Shown: one piece after another, positions 19,187 to 28,724 of the stretch
Layout of the letters: each line of letters starts with the position of its first letter
Position numbering within the stretch: the first letter of the stretch is position 1
Source: a virus
Lineage: Duplodnaviria > Caudoviricetes
Direction: 5' to 3' (one strand)
Length of the DNA stretch: 64,000 nt
IMG/VR virus record: IMGVR_UViG_3300014205_000002
Location: 96,001-160,000 of that record
Program-made: the position numbers and the translations under genes
Notes under the pieces: generated by a model
Seen by the model: only the letters and a program-made list of their open reading frames with translations
Told to the model about the DNA's origin: nothing
The model's database searches: none

Positions 19187-19688
19187 TTCCCAGCCCTCAC
19201 CCTGGGAGGTGGTCGGGGTCACTGAGTACCACTTTACGACCCAGGGTCGATCCCTGCGCGAGCTGATGAATAACTTGCGCGACGGCACGATCGACGCGAG
19301 CCCGCCCTACCAGCGCGGGCTGGTCTGGGACGAACCCCGCCAGGTGGCCCTGATCGACTCACTCTGGCGCGGGCTCGGCATGCCCGGCCTGTACTTCCGG
19401 CAGTTCAAGAACTCCAGCCCGAGCGGGGCCCACTGGGAGGTGCTCGACGGCCAGCAGCGCCTGCATGCGATCCGGTGCTACGTTGACGGCGGGTTCGCGT
19501 TCAACGGCAAGCTGTTCACCGATCTGCCGGTGTACGTCCAGCGGGTCTTCCTGTTCATGGCTGCGACGGTTAGCATCGCCAAGGATCTCACCGACGAGGA
19601 CGCGCTCGTCATCTACGACCGGATCAACTTCTGCGGGGTGCCGCACACGGCGGCCGAGCGCAAACCGATTGAAAGGAGCACACCGTAA
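19173..19688 (+). CDS. solo DUF262 (ParB/Srx-like, GmrS/SspE N-terminal) protein, copy 1
   Basis: PPYQRGLVW, LIDSL, EVLDGQQRL, IYDRIN. Confidence 0.9.
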   Translation: MTSADSQPSPWEVVGVTEYHFTTQGRSLRELMNNLRDGTIDASPPYQRGLVWDEPRQVALIDSLWRGLGMPGLYFRQFKNSSPSGAHWEVLDGQQRLHAIRCYVDGGFAFNGKLFTDLPVYVQRVFLFMAATVSIAKDLTDEDALVIYDRINFCGVPHTAAERKPIERSTP

Positions 19689-20005
19689 TGGGACACAACC
19701 ACATCCAGCGCGCTGACCTCAAGGACTTCACGGCGAAGATGGAAGGCCAGATGCGCCTTAACCACCACAAGGAAGTCGACAAGGACACGAAACTCCTCGA
19801 CCCCTTTCTCTACGCCAAGGACAACCCCCTGGATCTGATCGCCCAGGCCCAGAAGCATCTGGATCGACTCAAGGCCAGCGTGATCGGAAGGTCCGAGCCC
19901 GACGAGGTCTTCCGGAACGCCGCCGACGGCGCGAACTTCCTGATGATGGCCTCAAACGGCTACTACCTGCGGGCGGTAGATCCGGACCTCGTGAGCAAGC
20001 CGTAG
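19688..20005 (+). CDS. small protein, possible MazG-like nucleotide pyrophosphohydrolase fold
   Basis: EVFRNAADGANFLMM resembles the phage E-x-A-D-x-A-N-F-x-M-M motif. Confidence 0.45.
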   Translation: MGHNHIQRADLKDFTAKMEGQMRLNHHKEVDKDTKLLDPFLYAKDNPLDLIAQAQKHLDRLKASVIGRSEPDEVFRNAADGANFLMMASNGYYLRAVDPDLVSKP

Positions 20006-20007
20006 CC

Positions 20008-20616
20008 ATGCGCGATCGCGACATCCGCCCGGCCCTGCTGGAAGCTCTGCGATCCGCGTGCCAGGGTGCACTCGTCATCGAGGAGTTGGACATCCTGCGG
20101 GTCAACCGGGTGGATGTCGCGGTGATCGACGACCAGCTCCACGGCTACGAGATCAAGGCCGACAATGACACGCTCGGCCGTCTAAAAGATCAGGTCGAGG
20201 CCTATGGGCTCGTCTTTCAGCGTATGACGCTGGTGTCGGGCCCGAAGCACCTCGTGAAGGCGGCGAAGCTGATTCCTGACTGGTGGGGGGTGATCAGGGC
20301 CGAGTCGGACGGGCACGCCATGCGGCTGAATTGCCTGAGGCCAGGTGAACCCAATCCCGCTGTCGACGGCACCTACCTCGCGGGCCTGCTGTGGCGTAAA
20401 GAGCTCACCGAGGGGCTGGTGGCCCGTGGGGTCACGCGCGGGCTCTCCAATGTGAACCTCAAGCTCGCGGCCATGCTCGCCCAGCGCTGTGAGCCCACGG
20501 AGCTGGTGACCTACGTCGCGGGTAGGCTGCGGGCCCGCGGAGACTGGCGGACCAACGGTGTCGGCCGCATGCAGAGTAAGAAAAAGGAGCCGATTCGTGG
20601 CCCTTGGTCCAGTTGA
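20008..20616 (+). CDS. sce7726-family PD-(D/E)XK-like protein
   Basis: RDRDIRPAL, RVDVAVI..LHGYEIK..DTLGRL..Q..Y, PDWWG, LLWRKE. Confidence 0.85.
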   Translation: MRDRDIRPALLEALRSACQGALVIEELDILRVNRVDVAVIDDQLHGYEIKADNDTLGRLKDQVEAYGLVFQRMTLVSGPKHLVKAAKLIPDWWGVIRAESDGHAMRLNCLRPGEPNPAVDGTYLAGLLWRKELTEGLVARGVTRGLSNVNLKLAAMLAQRCEPTELVTYVAGRLRARGDWRTNGVGRMQSKKKEPIRGPWSS

Positions 20617-21331
20617 ACGCTACATGCCGCCAGACAGCCTGGAACTGCGTGAACGGAAATGCCGCTATGTCTGGGCCGTCGAGGAGGCGCGCCGCGCCAA
20701 TGTGAGATTGGAGGCCAGCCCTCAGCGACAGCTTCTCCAAGGCCTGTTGGCCGACGACGCCTGGGAGGCGATCGGACTCTCCGGAGGCGATGTGTTCAAG
20801 CTCTGCTACACCATCCGCCCCGATCCCAAGAGCCGGCCCCAGGAGTTCGACCTGACGGTGCGCTACCCGCCCAATACCATGTTCAGTATCCACTGGGAGA
20901 CCGACGGCGGCGACTTGGATGCGTTATCCCATTTCAGCGGCCATGCCGCTTGGCCCACGCCTGACGAGGCTGCCTTCGCGAGGGGTCTGGCGGAGAAGAC
21001 TTATGGAGCTGGTCGCATTGTTCGCGGGACGCTCGGCGGCCGTTCGGCCTGGGTGACCAGCGGCTTCTTTGGTTACATCGAGGCCGTCTACGATCCGCCC
21101 TCGTTCGGGGCATGCAGCCGGTCTTTTTCGCGGCATTTCAAGGACGTCCACCCGCTCGACGTGAGATTCTGGCAGCGCTATCTGCGCTCGCGCGCACTCG
21201 ACACCCAGATCGGAATAGGGCTGCTTCCCAGCGGAGCCAGTAAAGGGATGGAGGGCTATGTCCCGCTTCCGGACCCACTTAACCCAGGTCGCCCGAGCGG
21301 GCGCTTCGATCCGCCCTTTCTCATGCATTGA
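20597..21331 (+). CDS. hypothetical protein
   Basis: AAGGAG RBS, GTG 20597. Confidence 0.7.
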   Translation: MALGPVERYMPPDSLELRERKCRYVWAVEEARRANVRLEASPQRQLLQGLLADDAWEAIGLSGGDVFKLCYTIRPDPKSRPQEFDLTVRYPPNTMFSIHWETDGGDLDALSHFSGHAAWPTPDEAAFARGLAEKTYGAGRIVRGTLGGRSAWVTSGFFGYIEAVYDPPSFGACSRSFSRHFKDVHPLDVRFWQRYLRSRALDTQIGIGLLPSGASKGMEGYVPLPDPLNPGRPSGRFDPPFLMH

Positions 21332-21339
21332 GGCCCGCC

Positions 21340-21516
21340 ATGAGTGGCGCGGCTATCGTTGAAAACAGGGGGCTTCGGATGGAGAGCACTGACCCAGACG
21401 CCTTCGTGCAACTCGTGACCGACGTCTTCGTCGGTCAGGTGCGACCTGCCTACGTCGAGGCCACCAACGCACCACACCGCCCGCAGGTCAAGCCAGATGC
21501 GGGTAGGAAGGTATAA
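21340..21516 (+). CDS. small hypothetical protein
   Basis: GAGG RBS; fills the operon gap. Confidence 0.5.
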   Translation: MSGAAIVENRGLRMESTDPDAFVQLVTDVFVGQVRPAYVEATNAPHRPQVKPDAGRKV

Positions 21517-21550
21517 CGGAATCTGAGAGGAAACCAGAAGGGATCCCACT

Positions 21551-22006
21551 ATGAGCGAACCCATGAGCCGGGCCGAGAAGGCCCAGCACGACCTCAAGAC
21601 CGCGGAGATGGTCTTGGAAAACCTACGCGTGCAGCTGCGCGCGGCGATCGCCACCGGCGAGTTCTACTACATCCTGGAGACCCAGACCCACAACGGCAAG
21701 TTTCCCTGGCAGCGCATCTTCAACTTCGCCGTGATCGTCGAGGGCAAGTTGGAGTGGGTGGTGCCGGATCCGACGCCGCACCCGAGCCGGGGCGTCGAAG
21801 CGCCTGAGGGTTGGCGGCATCTGCCCGACGATTATGACAAGGCCTACAAGCAGCTCAACTACAGCAAGGGTCCCGGCTTCCGCATGGATGGCGGCTCACT
21901 GACGGAAGTCTGGTACTGGGTCGTCGAGATGGCGAAGTTGCCGCCCGACGAGGAGAAGCTCGCGAAGAAGCTCAAGGACGTGCGCATGCGCCGGATGGGC
22001 GGATGA
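21551..22006 (+). CDS. hypothetical protein
   Basis: Strong codon bias; ATGA coupling to the next gene. Confidence 0.8.
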   Translation: MSEPMSRAEKAQHDLKTAEMVLENLRVQLRAAIATGEFYYILETQTHNGKFPWQRIFNFAVIVEGKLEWVVPDPTPHPSRGVEAPEGWRHLPDDYDKAYKQLNYSKGPGFRMDGGSLTEVWYWVVEMAKLPPDEEKLAKKLKDVRMRRMGG

Positions 22007-22494
22007 AGACGATCGGCTACTTCATCGGCGGCGAGGAGCACTGCAAGGACTGCGCCGAGGATGGCACTGAGATAGCTTGCTCTGTCTGCGAAAAGCCGGG
22101 AACACTTGGTATGGGCTGGCACAGCGAAGAAGCCTGCCGTCGGCGCTGCGAAAAGAACGGTCTACCCTGGCCGGGTCACCCAGGTTACTTCGAGGACGAG
22201 GAGACCGTGCGCATCGGCTCGCTCAGCGAGCATGAGCGCGACCTCGTTTGCACCATCTGCTGCGAGGTCTTTTACGAGTGTCCGATTTTCAAGATGCGGG
22301 TCACGCGGGTAACCGACGGCGACGATGACGAAACCGAGACCATCTACGGAACGCCGGACGCGCGACGCATTCCCAGCGAGATGGAGAGCCTTTACAAAGA
22401 AGCGATGCAGGCAGACAGGACCAAGCGCGACCCGGTGGTCTTCGACGAGGATGAAGGCGTCCGGATTCGGATCGAGGTGAACTTTGAGCGATGA
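22003..22494 (+). CDS. Cys-rich Zn-binding hypothetical protein
   Basis: CKDC, CSVC, CTIC motifs. Confidence 0.75.
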   Translation: MKTIGYFIGGEEHCKDCAEDGTEIACSVCEKPGTLGMGWHSEEACRRRCEKNGLPWPGHPGYFEDEETVRIGSLSEHERDLVCTICCEVFYECPIFKMRVTRVTDGDDDETETIYGTPDARRIPSEMESLYKEAMQADRTKRDPVVFDEDEGVRIRIEVNFER

Positions 22495-23191
22495 AGTGAA
22501 ACAAGTCACGGTGATGATTCAGGGGACACGTACGGACGTCTCCAACTGGGGCTCGCTGGAGTCCGGCTGCTACGCCGTGGTACGAGGAGCCGAGACCATC
22601 TACCGTGGTGTCGTGCTGCGGACGGCCCTGAGTGAAGCGCGCAGGCTCGCTGATCAGTTGAAGACCATGGTCCAGATTCTGCCGGGCCGCTTCGAGGCTC
22701 CACCCCATGCCGAGCTGAGCATCGCGACCCCAGGAAACAAGGCGTTGCTCCTGCACCCGAGCAGCGACCAGATGGATCGGCTGATCAACGGAACGACGCT
22801 GCCGTTCGAGCCCTTGCGGGTGGTCCTGAACTCGGCCAAGGGGGTGCTTTGGAATCATCCTATCGGCACTGTGACCGACGAACACTCGATTGGCTACTGC
22901 GCACAGCTGCCTGATCCGGAGAACGCCGGTTTCGGCAAAGTGCTCGTGTCGGGCGCGGACGGCAAGCTCTATGAGCTCAGGCTCCAGTACCGACTGGAGG
23001 CGACGACGCTCGCCGAGCAGAGTCTTGACGGCCGGGTCTGCGGGGTCTGTGGCGAGATGTTCATCTATGAGAGCGTTGGCGCGCTCACGGCCGGCAGCGA
23101 GGCTCGGAGCGCTCACCTGGTCGGACACGCCGACGGCGTCGCCAACCTCGGGCCGGACGAGCACGCGGAATTCATGACGGTGATCCCGTGA
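22484..23191 (+). CDS. hypothetical protein with C-terminal CxxC
   Basis: GAGGTG RBS with TTG; CGVC. Confidence 0.75.
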   Translation: MSDEVKQVTVMIQGTRTDVSNWGSLESGCYAVVRGAETIYRGVVLRTALSEARRLADQLKTMVQILPGRFEAPPHAELSIATPGNKALLLHPSSDQMDRLINGTTLPFEPLRVVLNSAKGVLWNHPIGTVTDEHSIGYCAQLPDPENAGFGKVLVSGADGKLYELRLQYRLEATTLAEQSLDGRVCGVCGEMFIYESVGALTAGSEARSAHLVGHADGVANLGPDEHAEFMTVIP

Positions 23192-23682
23192 TGAATCCGA
23201 ACTCGGTCTTCCGCAAGCGCATCTGCTCGGGGGCTTTCAATAGCCATCTGTGGGCGGTCTGCGATCTGGTCAAGATGGGCGAGCTGGACTTGAGTCCGCC
23301 CTACCAGCGCGGGCTGGTCTGGACCATCCAGCAAAAACAGGATCTGATCGACACGCTCACGCAGGGGCTGAACATGCCGGCGCTGTACGTTCGCGAGCGC
23401 GACGCGCTGCACCCAGGGCCGTGGATGGAAATGGTCGACGGCAAGCAGCGCCTCTCGACGATCATTGCGTTCATGGCCGACGAATTCAGCTTCCGCGATC
23501 GGCTGTTTAGCGAGTGGTCTGAGACGGATCGCGCGGTGTTCCGCCATCTATTCATCAGCGTCGTCCAGCTGATCGACGCCACCGACGAGGACATCGCCCT
23601 CGTCTACAACCGCATCAACTTCAACGGCACCCCCCATCTGCCACAGGAGGACAAGAGCCTTGACGAAAACCACCAAGCGTAA
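23188..23682 (+). CDS. solo DUF262 protein, copy 2
   Basis: PPYQRGLVW, LIDTL, MVDGKQRL, VYNRINFNGTPH. Confidence 0.9.
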   Translation: MMNPNSVFRKRICSGAFNSHLWAVCDLVKMGELDLSPPYQRGLVWTIQQKQDLIDTLTQGLNMPALYVRERDALHPGPWMEMVDGKQRLSTIIAFMADEFSFRDRLFSEWSETDRAVFRHLFISVVQLIDATDEDIALVYNRINFNGTPHLPQEDKSLDENHQA

Positions 23683-24202
23683 CGGCCAGGAGCCAGCACT
23701 CGACGCGGGCGAGCTCGTTCTCAGCTCCCACCAGGCCGGCCAGCTGGCCTTTGCTCGCGACCAGCTGTTCGCGTACCTCGCACGCGGCGGAGACATCCCC
23801 ACGGACATCCAGCAGGCCATTCACATTATCGGCGGCGTGCTCGGCCGGCCACCTGAACCCGCGCTCCTGTGCGTCACGAACGAGCGCGGCATCGCGTTCA
23901 ACGTGCGCATCATTCAGCGTGGCGACAAGTTCGGGCTCAACAACAAGCTCACCTATGACGAGGACGAGCCCCAGATTGAGTTCTACGATACTCGCTACCC
24001 CCACACCGAGTACGGACAGTTCGTATCCCGTTACTACGTAAAGACGCTCCTGGGTGAGGACATATGGGGCCAGGTGGCCGAGGGTCACGGACTCTGTCTC
24101 CATGGCGGCGTCGAGGATTGGGCGATCAGCGCGGATAATCTGACGGCTACCCGTTCCTGGGTGCGCCGGCGGCTCGGGCGAGAAGTCGCCCCCGCTACGT
24201 GA
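23660..24202 (+). CDS. hypothetical phage protein
   Basis: AGGAGG RBS with TTG; IEFYDTRY..GQFVSRYYVKTL..GLCLHGGV..W. Confidence 0.8.
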   Translation: MTKTTKRNGQEPALDAGELVLSSHQAGQLAFARDQLFAYLARGGDIPTDIQQAIHIIGGVLGRPPEPALLCVTNERGIAFNVRIIQRGDKFGLNNKLTYDEDEPQIEFYDTRYPHTEYGQFVSRYYVKTLLGEDIWGQVAEGHGLCLHGGVEDWAISADNLTATRSWVRRRLGREVAPAT

Positions 24203-24915
24203 CCTATGAGAGCGTGTGGCACGGGCTCGTCGAGCCCGAGACGGAGTTGCCGACCTGTCAGTGGTGTGGGGCCGAGCATCCCGCGCTCTGCGACATCTGC
24301 TTGGTCTGCGACTCTGGAAACACCGTGTGCATGCTCAGCCAGGAGGACTGCGAGGCCTACTTCGTCCCGCGGATGGCCTATGAGGATCCTGAGGCCTACC
24401 TCAAGCTCATTTGGAATGACGTCGTCGCCGCCGTCGAGGCCGCCCAACCGGAAGAAAAGCTCCGGCTGGGCCTGCGCATGATCACGCAGAAGGATGCCTT
24501 CGACTTCGTCACCCTGATCCACCGCCACCATGAGAAGCCTCAGGGCTGGAAGTTTGGCATCGGCGTCGAGGATCAGCACGGCCAGCTCCGCGGGGTCGTC
24601 GTCGTTGGCCGACCGGTGGCGTGCGGCAATCAAGACGGCAAGACCCTGGAGGTCACGCGGCTGTGTACCGACGGCGCGCGCAATGCCTGCTCAAAACTGT
24701 ATGCTGCGGCCTGGCAGGCGGCCAGGGCGATGGGCTGCAAGCGCATGCTCACCTACATCCTCGACAGCGAGGACGGCACGACGCTCAAGGCCTCGGGCTG
24801 GAAGAGGATGCACACCACAGCTGGCGGCAGCTGGGATCGGCGCGGGCGTCCGCGCAAAGACAAGCACCCCACAGGGCCGAAGACGCTCTGGCAAGTGGAG
24901 GTTTCCCCATGTTGA
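24199..24915 (+). CDS. XF1762-family (Mom-like GNAT) protein with N-terminal Cys-rich extension
   Basis: HRHH.KPQGWKF, VGRPVA, LEVTRLCTDGARNACSKLY, TYILDSE.GTTLKASGW. Confidence 0.88.
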   Translation: MTYESVWHGLVEPETELPTCQWCGAEHPALCDICLVCDSGNTVCMLSQEDCEAYFVPRMAYEDPEAYLKLIWNDVVAAVEAAQPEEKLRLGLRMITQKDAFDFVTLIHRHHEKPQGWKFGIGVEDQHGQLRGVVVVGRPVACGNQDGKTLEVTRLCTDGARNACSKLYAAAWQAARAMGCKRMLTYILDSEDGTTLKASGWKRMHTTAGGSWDRRGRPRKDKHPTGPKTLWQVEVSPC

Positions 24916-25490
24916 AGAAGATCCGCATCCACAAGCACGACCAGTTCGTCTGGCTGCTCGAAACGCTCACAGCGACATTTCAGTGCTCGATCGACGCGAA
25001 GATCGTCCATGAGAACGGCACGCGTGCGATCCCGGTATTGTCCTTCGGGATGGGGGGAGCCTCTGAGATCGACTACGACCTCAAGGCCGTGTCGAGTCAT
25101 GGGCAGGAGGCCATGGCTGGCACTGAGACGCCGCTGCTCAAAGCGGCGATCGCGGCCATCAATGCGTTATCGAAAGACAAGGAGGTGCCGAACTTCGGCT
25201 CGCCCGCCTATAGCGACGAGGGCTATCTGGCCTTCGGCTGGGACGCTGGCTACCAGCGCGACATATCCGAGCGGCTGCAACGCTGCGAGAACGACTGGCA
25301 GGCGATCGACGATGCGGTTACGCGCTTCGGCTCGTCGCTCAAGGAGGTGCTACGCGTTGACGCTCGGGAGAATCGCGTTGTCTCGGAAGTCTGGAGTCGC
25401 GGCGATCGCGACGACGCCGCAGTGATCGCGGATCTGAGCGAGTTGCTCGACCGTGACGACATCCTCGCGATCACCCCTGCCGTCACGTGA
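24909..25490 (+). CDS. hypothetical protein
   Basis: GGAGG RBS; ATG 24909. Confidence 0.75.
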   Translation: MLKKIRIHKHDQFVWLLETLTATFQCSIDAKIVHENGTRAIPVLSFGMGGASEIDYDLKAVSSHGQEAMAGTETPLLKAAIAAINALSKDKEVPNFGSPAYSDEGYLAFGWDAGYQRDISERLQRCENDWQAIDDAVTRFGSSLKEVLRVDARENRVVSEVWSRGDRDDAAVIADLSELLDRDDILAITPAVT

Positions 25491-25503
25491 CGCCGCGGTG
25501 AGC

Positions 25504-25683
25504 ATGTACACGGTTCGGGTCCGGGGACACTGGGTACGGACGGCCCAGGCGCACGGGCTCCACGCTTACCACTCGGACGTCACCAACGTCACCGCCATCG
25601 AGATCCCCGCAAGCGACAGCGGCGAGGCGTGCCGCAAGGCGCGCGCGCTCGGCTCGCTCCAGGTGATCGACGCCTTCCCTTGA
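25504..25683 (+). CDS. small hypothetical protein
   Basis: Fills the operon gap; codon bias. Confidence 0.55.
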   Translation: MYTVRVRGHWVRTAQAHGLHAYHSDVTNVTAIEIPASDSGEACRKARALGSLQVIDAFP

Positions 25684-25693
25684 AAGGGCCCCC

Positions 25694-26464
25694 ATGCCGA
25701 CTTTCGACATTGAAGAACTACAAGCCGTCGCAAACCTCGCCGCGATGACAGCCGAGCGACTCACGGGCTGGCACTTCATCGGACAGGTCGTGCCAGAGCG
25801 ACGTGAGATCTGGGTCAACACCGGTACCGACACCAGTCCCGAGAAACTGCCATACAACTTCATCCTCAGGCCGATCACAGGCGATCTGATGACCGCCTGG
25901 CGGATCGAGGTCGTCGTAGGCGGCAAGAACGGCATCGCCAGGCTCGCCGAGGTGATGCGGGCGATGCGCGGCGTCGACGACCGGTACAAGATCGTAAAGA
26001 CGGGCCGCGGCTCCTACGCCGAGACCCACGCGTCGATCGGCCCAAACACCCTGATGTCCGCTGCGAATCGACTGATCGAGTACATCGAGCGAGTGGTCGC
26101 CTGGCACATGACCAAGACACACAACGCCGACGGCGGCGGCAACCTGCTCACGCCCGAGCAGATGGCGCGCCAGCGTCAATTGGAGAGTGATCTCATGCAG
26201 CGGTGGCAGATCGCCGAAGTCAGCGGCATGCGTATGATCGACCTCTGCGATCACGAGTTCACTGTCCGTATGCGGGTTGTGCCCGTCTCGGACGATATCA
26301 CCCCGCCGTCACGTGACGTCGTGCGCGGCATTCTCCAGGGCTGCCTGGAGCTCGCCCTGGAGGGCGGCACGCATGAGGAAACCTACGCCCTGGAGTTGGT
26401 CGAGGGCCGGGTGGGGCTCCAGTGGGAGCCGCTGGTCGGCGCGCGCCCCGAGCAAGACGACTAA
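25694..26464 (+). CDS. hypothetical protein
   Basis: AAAGG RBS; codon bias. Confidence 0.75.
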   Translation: MPTFDIEELQAVANLAAMTAERLTGWHFIGQVVPERREIWVNTGTDTSPEKLPYNFILRPITGDLMTAWRIEVVVGGKNGIARLAEVMRAMRGVDDRYKIVKTGRGSYAETHASIGPNTLMSAANRLIEYIERVVAWHMTKTHNADGGGNLLTPEQMARQRQLESDLMQRWQIAEVSGMRMIDLCDHEFTVRMRVVPVSDDITPPSRDVVRGILQGCLELALEGGTHEETYALELVEGRVGLQWEPLVGARPEQDD

Positions 26465-26487
26465 CCCCATTCAGAAGGAGAGACCCG

Positions 26488-27087
26488 ATGTCACAACCCC
26501 CCGAAGACCCGGCGACCGCGTTCCAGGCACACCTCACCTCGCTCCAGGCGCTGCTCGTGGATTATCCGCCGGAGGGCCGCTGGCGCGAGCACATCCGCTT
26601 CCTGCTCGCGGCGGTCGCTGTCCAGCAGGATGTGGGCGCGTCGGCGGCGGAGCTGGCGGACGCGCGCCAGATGATCGCGGAGTCCTGGCGCTGGATCACG
26701 AGCCTACTCAACGACGGCAAGGCCGAGCCCACCGACTTCGGCGCGCAGCCCCAGGACATGGAGGCTTACTTCCGTGCCTGCGGGGCGGTCGAGAGCCTGT
26801 TCGGGCTCATGAACAACGCCCTGGTGCGCGAACGGGCAAAGAACGCCCCGCCTCCGGAGACGCCCCTGGGGGCGCACGGCACGATGCTGATCGCCTACGT
26901 CAAGCGGGTCATGAACGACGAGGCGGCGATCGTGGCGGAGGGCGATCGCTTCAAGGTCGACGCAATCCGTGAGCAGTTCGGCAAGCTCGTCGACGCGTTC
27001 GACAAGGACATTCAAAAGTACCGCATGGACTTCTTCATCGCCGAGGAGGCCCAGCGTGAAGCAAAGAAAGGAAAGACCGGTGCCTGA
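26488..27087 (+). CDS. helical hypothetical protein
   Basis: AAGGAG RBS; ATG 26488. Confidence 0.8.
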   Translation: MSQPPEDPATAFQAHLTSLQALLVDYPPEGRWREHIRFLLAAVAVQQDVGASAAELADARQMIAESWRWITSLLNDGKAEPTDFGAQPQDMEAYFRACGAVESLFGLMNNALVRERAKNAPPPETPLGAHGTMLIAYVKRVMNDEAAIVAEGDRFKVDAIREQFGKLVDAFDKDIQKYRMDFFIAEEAQREAKKGKTGA

Positions 27088-27694
27088 GGCGCACGTCTAC
27101 AAAGGCGATCGGGCGCTCGCCGTCGCGCGGGAACTCGGGCGCGATGTGCGCGTTCGCGACACTGCGGCCGAGTCTGGCTGGCGCGAGGTCACGCCCGACG
27201 CGTACGCCTATCTCGCGGGGCCTGACGACACCGCGCGCCAGAGCGTGAGCCGCGCGATCGAGCCGGGCCTGGAGGTCCCCTTCGACGTCTTCGTGGGCTG
27301 GGAGATGGCGCACCAGATCCGCGAGGCCGCCGCGGATCCGGAGACCGCCATCATCCAGGGCCGCAGCTTCGGGCCCGGCTGGCTCGGTGAGGTCGAGCTG
27401 GATCAGTACAAGTACATGTTCAAGGCCGAATGCGTCGTGCTTGAATCGCCGGCGCACGCGGCGGATCCAATCGCCGACGCGACCTATGCGATCAGGGCCT
27501 CATTCTGGGCTGGTACAGAGGGCGCATTCGACTCCGACTGGCGCGTAGCCTGCAATCTGGTCGAGGCGATCGCCATCGTGGTCGAGGAGGCCGCGAAGGA
27601 ATTCGACCGACAGGAAGACTGCGACGACTTCCTGGAAGGCGAGATACCGGAAGACGACGACCCCGCAGGTCCTTGGGGTGAGGAACGTCCATGA
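27080..27694 (+). CDS. hypothetical protein with acidic C-terminus
   Basis: AAAGGA RBS, GTG 27080. Confidence 0.75.
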   Translation: MPEAHVYKGDRALAVARELGRDVRVRDTAAESGWREVTPDAYAYLAGPDDTARQSVSRAIEPGLEVPFDVFVGWEMAHQIREAAADPETAIIQGRSFGPGWLGEVELDQYKYMFKAECVVLESPAHAADPIADATYAIRASFWAGTEGAFDSDWRVACNLVEAIAIVVEEAAKEFDRQEDCDDFLEGEIPEDDDPAGPWGEERP

Positions 27695-28002
27695 TAACCG
27701 TCGAATTCAGAAGCAATGATCACCTCAAAGTGGTTGAGCAGCACAGCCCGACCTCGCGCACGGTCTGGCAATTCTACCTCGCCTACAACAAGCTCTGGCT
27801 CGACGAGTTCCAGCCGCAGCAGCGCACGAGCGTGCGCGCCAAGTGGCTGGTTCACGGCAATCACTACGACCGACTTCGCCATTCGTACCTATCGGAGGCC
27901 AGCGTCGTGATCCCAGAGGCCATCAAGGCCGCGGCGATCAAGGCGGTCGTCGACGAGCTCGCCGTCTGCAAGTGGAACGCCGACAAGGAGTTTCACCGGT
28001 GA
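27691..28002 (+). CDS. hypothetical protein
   Basis: GAGG RBS; start overlaps the upstream stop. Confidence 0.75.
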   Translation: MITVEFRSNDHLKVVEQHSPTSRTVWQFYLAYNKLWLDEFQPQQRTSVRAKWLVHGNHYDRLRHSYLSEASVVIPEAIKAAAIKAVVDELAVCKWNADKEFHR

Positions 28003-28166
28003 GCAACCTGCTGGCTACTGGGGCGATCGCGCTCGGGTATATCATCCTGGCGTTCGTGAGCAACGGCCTTGTGCGCGCGTGGGAGTGGGACCGCATGTGG
28101 TCCCGGCGACTAGGGGATCCCGACCCCCAGAAGCCGCCCTGGTGGTGCTTCCTTCTCGGGAGCTAG
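27999..28166 (+). CDS. small membrane protein
   Basis: AAGGAG RBS, GTGA overlap; hydrophobic LLATGAIALGYIILAFV. Confidence 0.65.
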   Translation: MSNLLATGAIALGYIILAFVSNGLVRAWEWDRMWSRRLGDPDPQKPPWWCFLLGS

Positions 28167-28175
28167 GAGGTCTCT

Positions 28176-28700
28176 ATGCGGATCATCATGGCCATGTGGC
28201 TCTGCCTGCTGCTCGCGCTGCCGGCTGAGGCATTCACGCTCGACACTCACCGCTACCCAGGCTTCTCCGTGGGATTCCCTGAGACCTGGATCACCCCGTT
28301 CCCATTCAAGAACGGGCCGATGTACGGCCTGGAGTCCAAGAGCCCCGACGGTCAGATGTGGGTCGAGGTGTTCCAGGTGGGCGATCGCCCGATGCCGGTG
28401 GACACCATCCTCGACGAGTTCACCGAAAGCTTCAAGACGAACCCGCAATTCTACCCGCACTGCCGACCGCGCCACTTCACGGTAGCCGGCCGCAAGGCAG
28501 CCGTGCGCGTCTATTCATGCCAACGCCGCCCGAACTACAACTGGCGCAAATACCTGTTCGGCGTGGTCGAGACCAATCGCGGCGGCATCATGGTGATGGG
28601 CAGCGTCGCCGACAGCGTGGTGCCCAGTGAAAGCGCCTACGACGAGGATCGCCTGGAGCGGTTCCTCGCGATCGTGCGCAGCGTCAAGCCGGTGCGTTAG
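28176..28700 (+). CDS. secreted protein, possibly PsbP/DcrB-like fold
   Basis: AGGAGG RBS; signal peptide MRIIMAMWLCLLLALPAEA; FSVGFPETW...FLAIVRSVK pattern. Confidence 0.7.
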   Translation: MRIIMAMWLCLLLALPAEAFTLDTHRYPGFSVGFPETWITPFPFKNGPMYGLESKSPDGQMWVEVFQVGDRPMPVDTILDEFTESFKTNPQFYPHCRPRHFTVAGRKAAVRVYSCQRRPNYNWRKYLFGVVETNRGGIMVMGSVADSVVPSESAYDEDRLERFLAIVRSVKPVR

Positions 28701-28724
28701 CCCCGGCCACTTAAGGGAGGGCCC

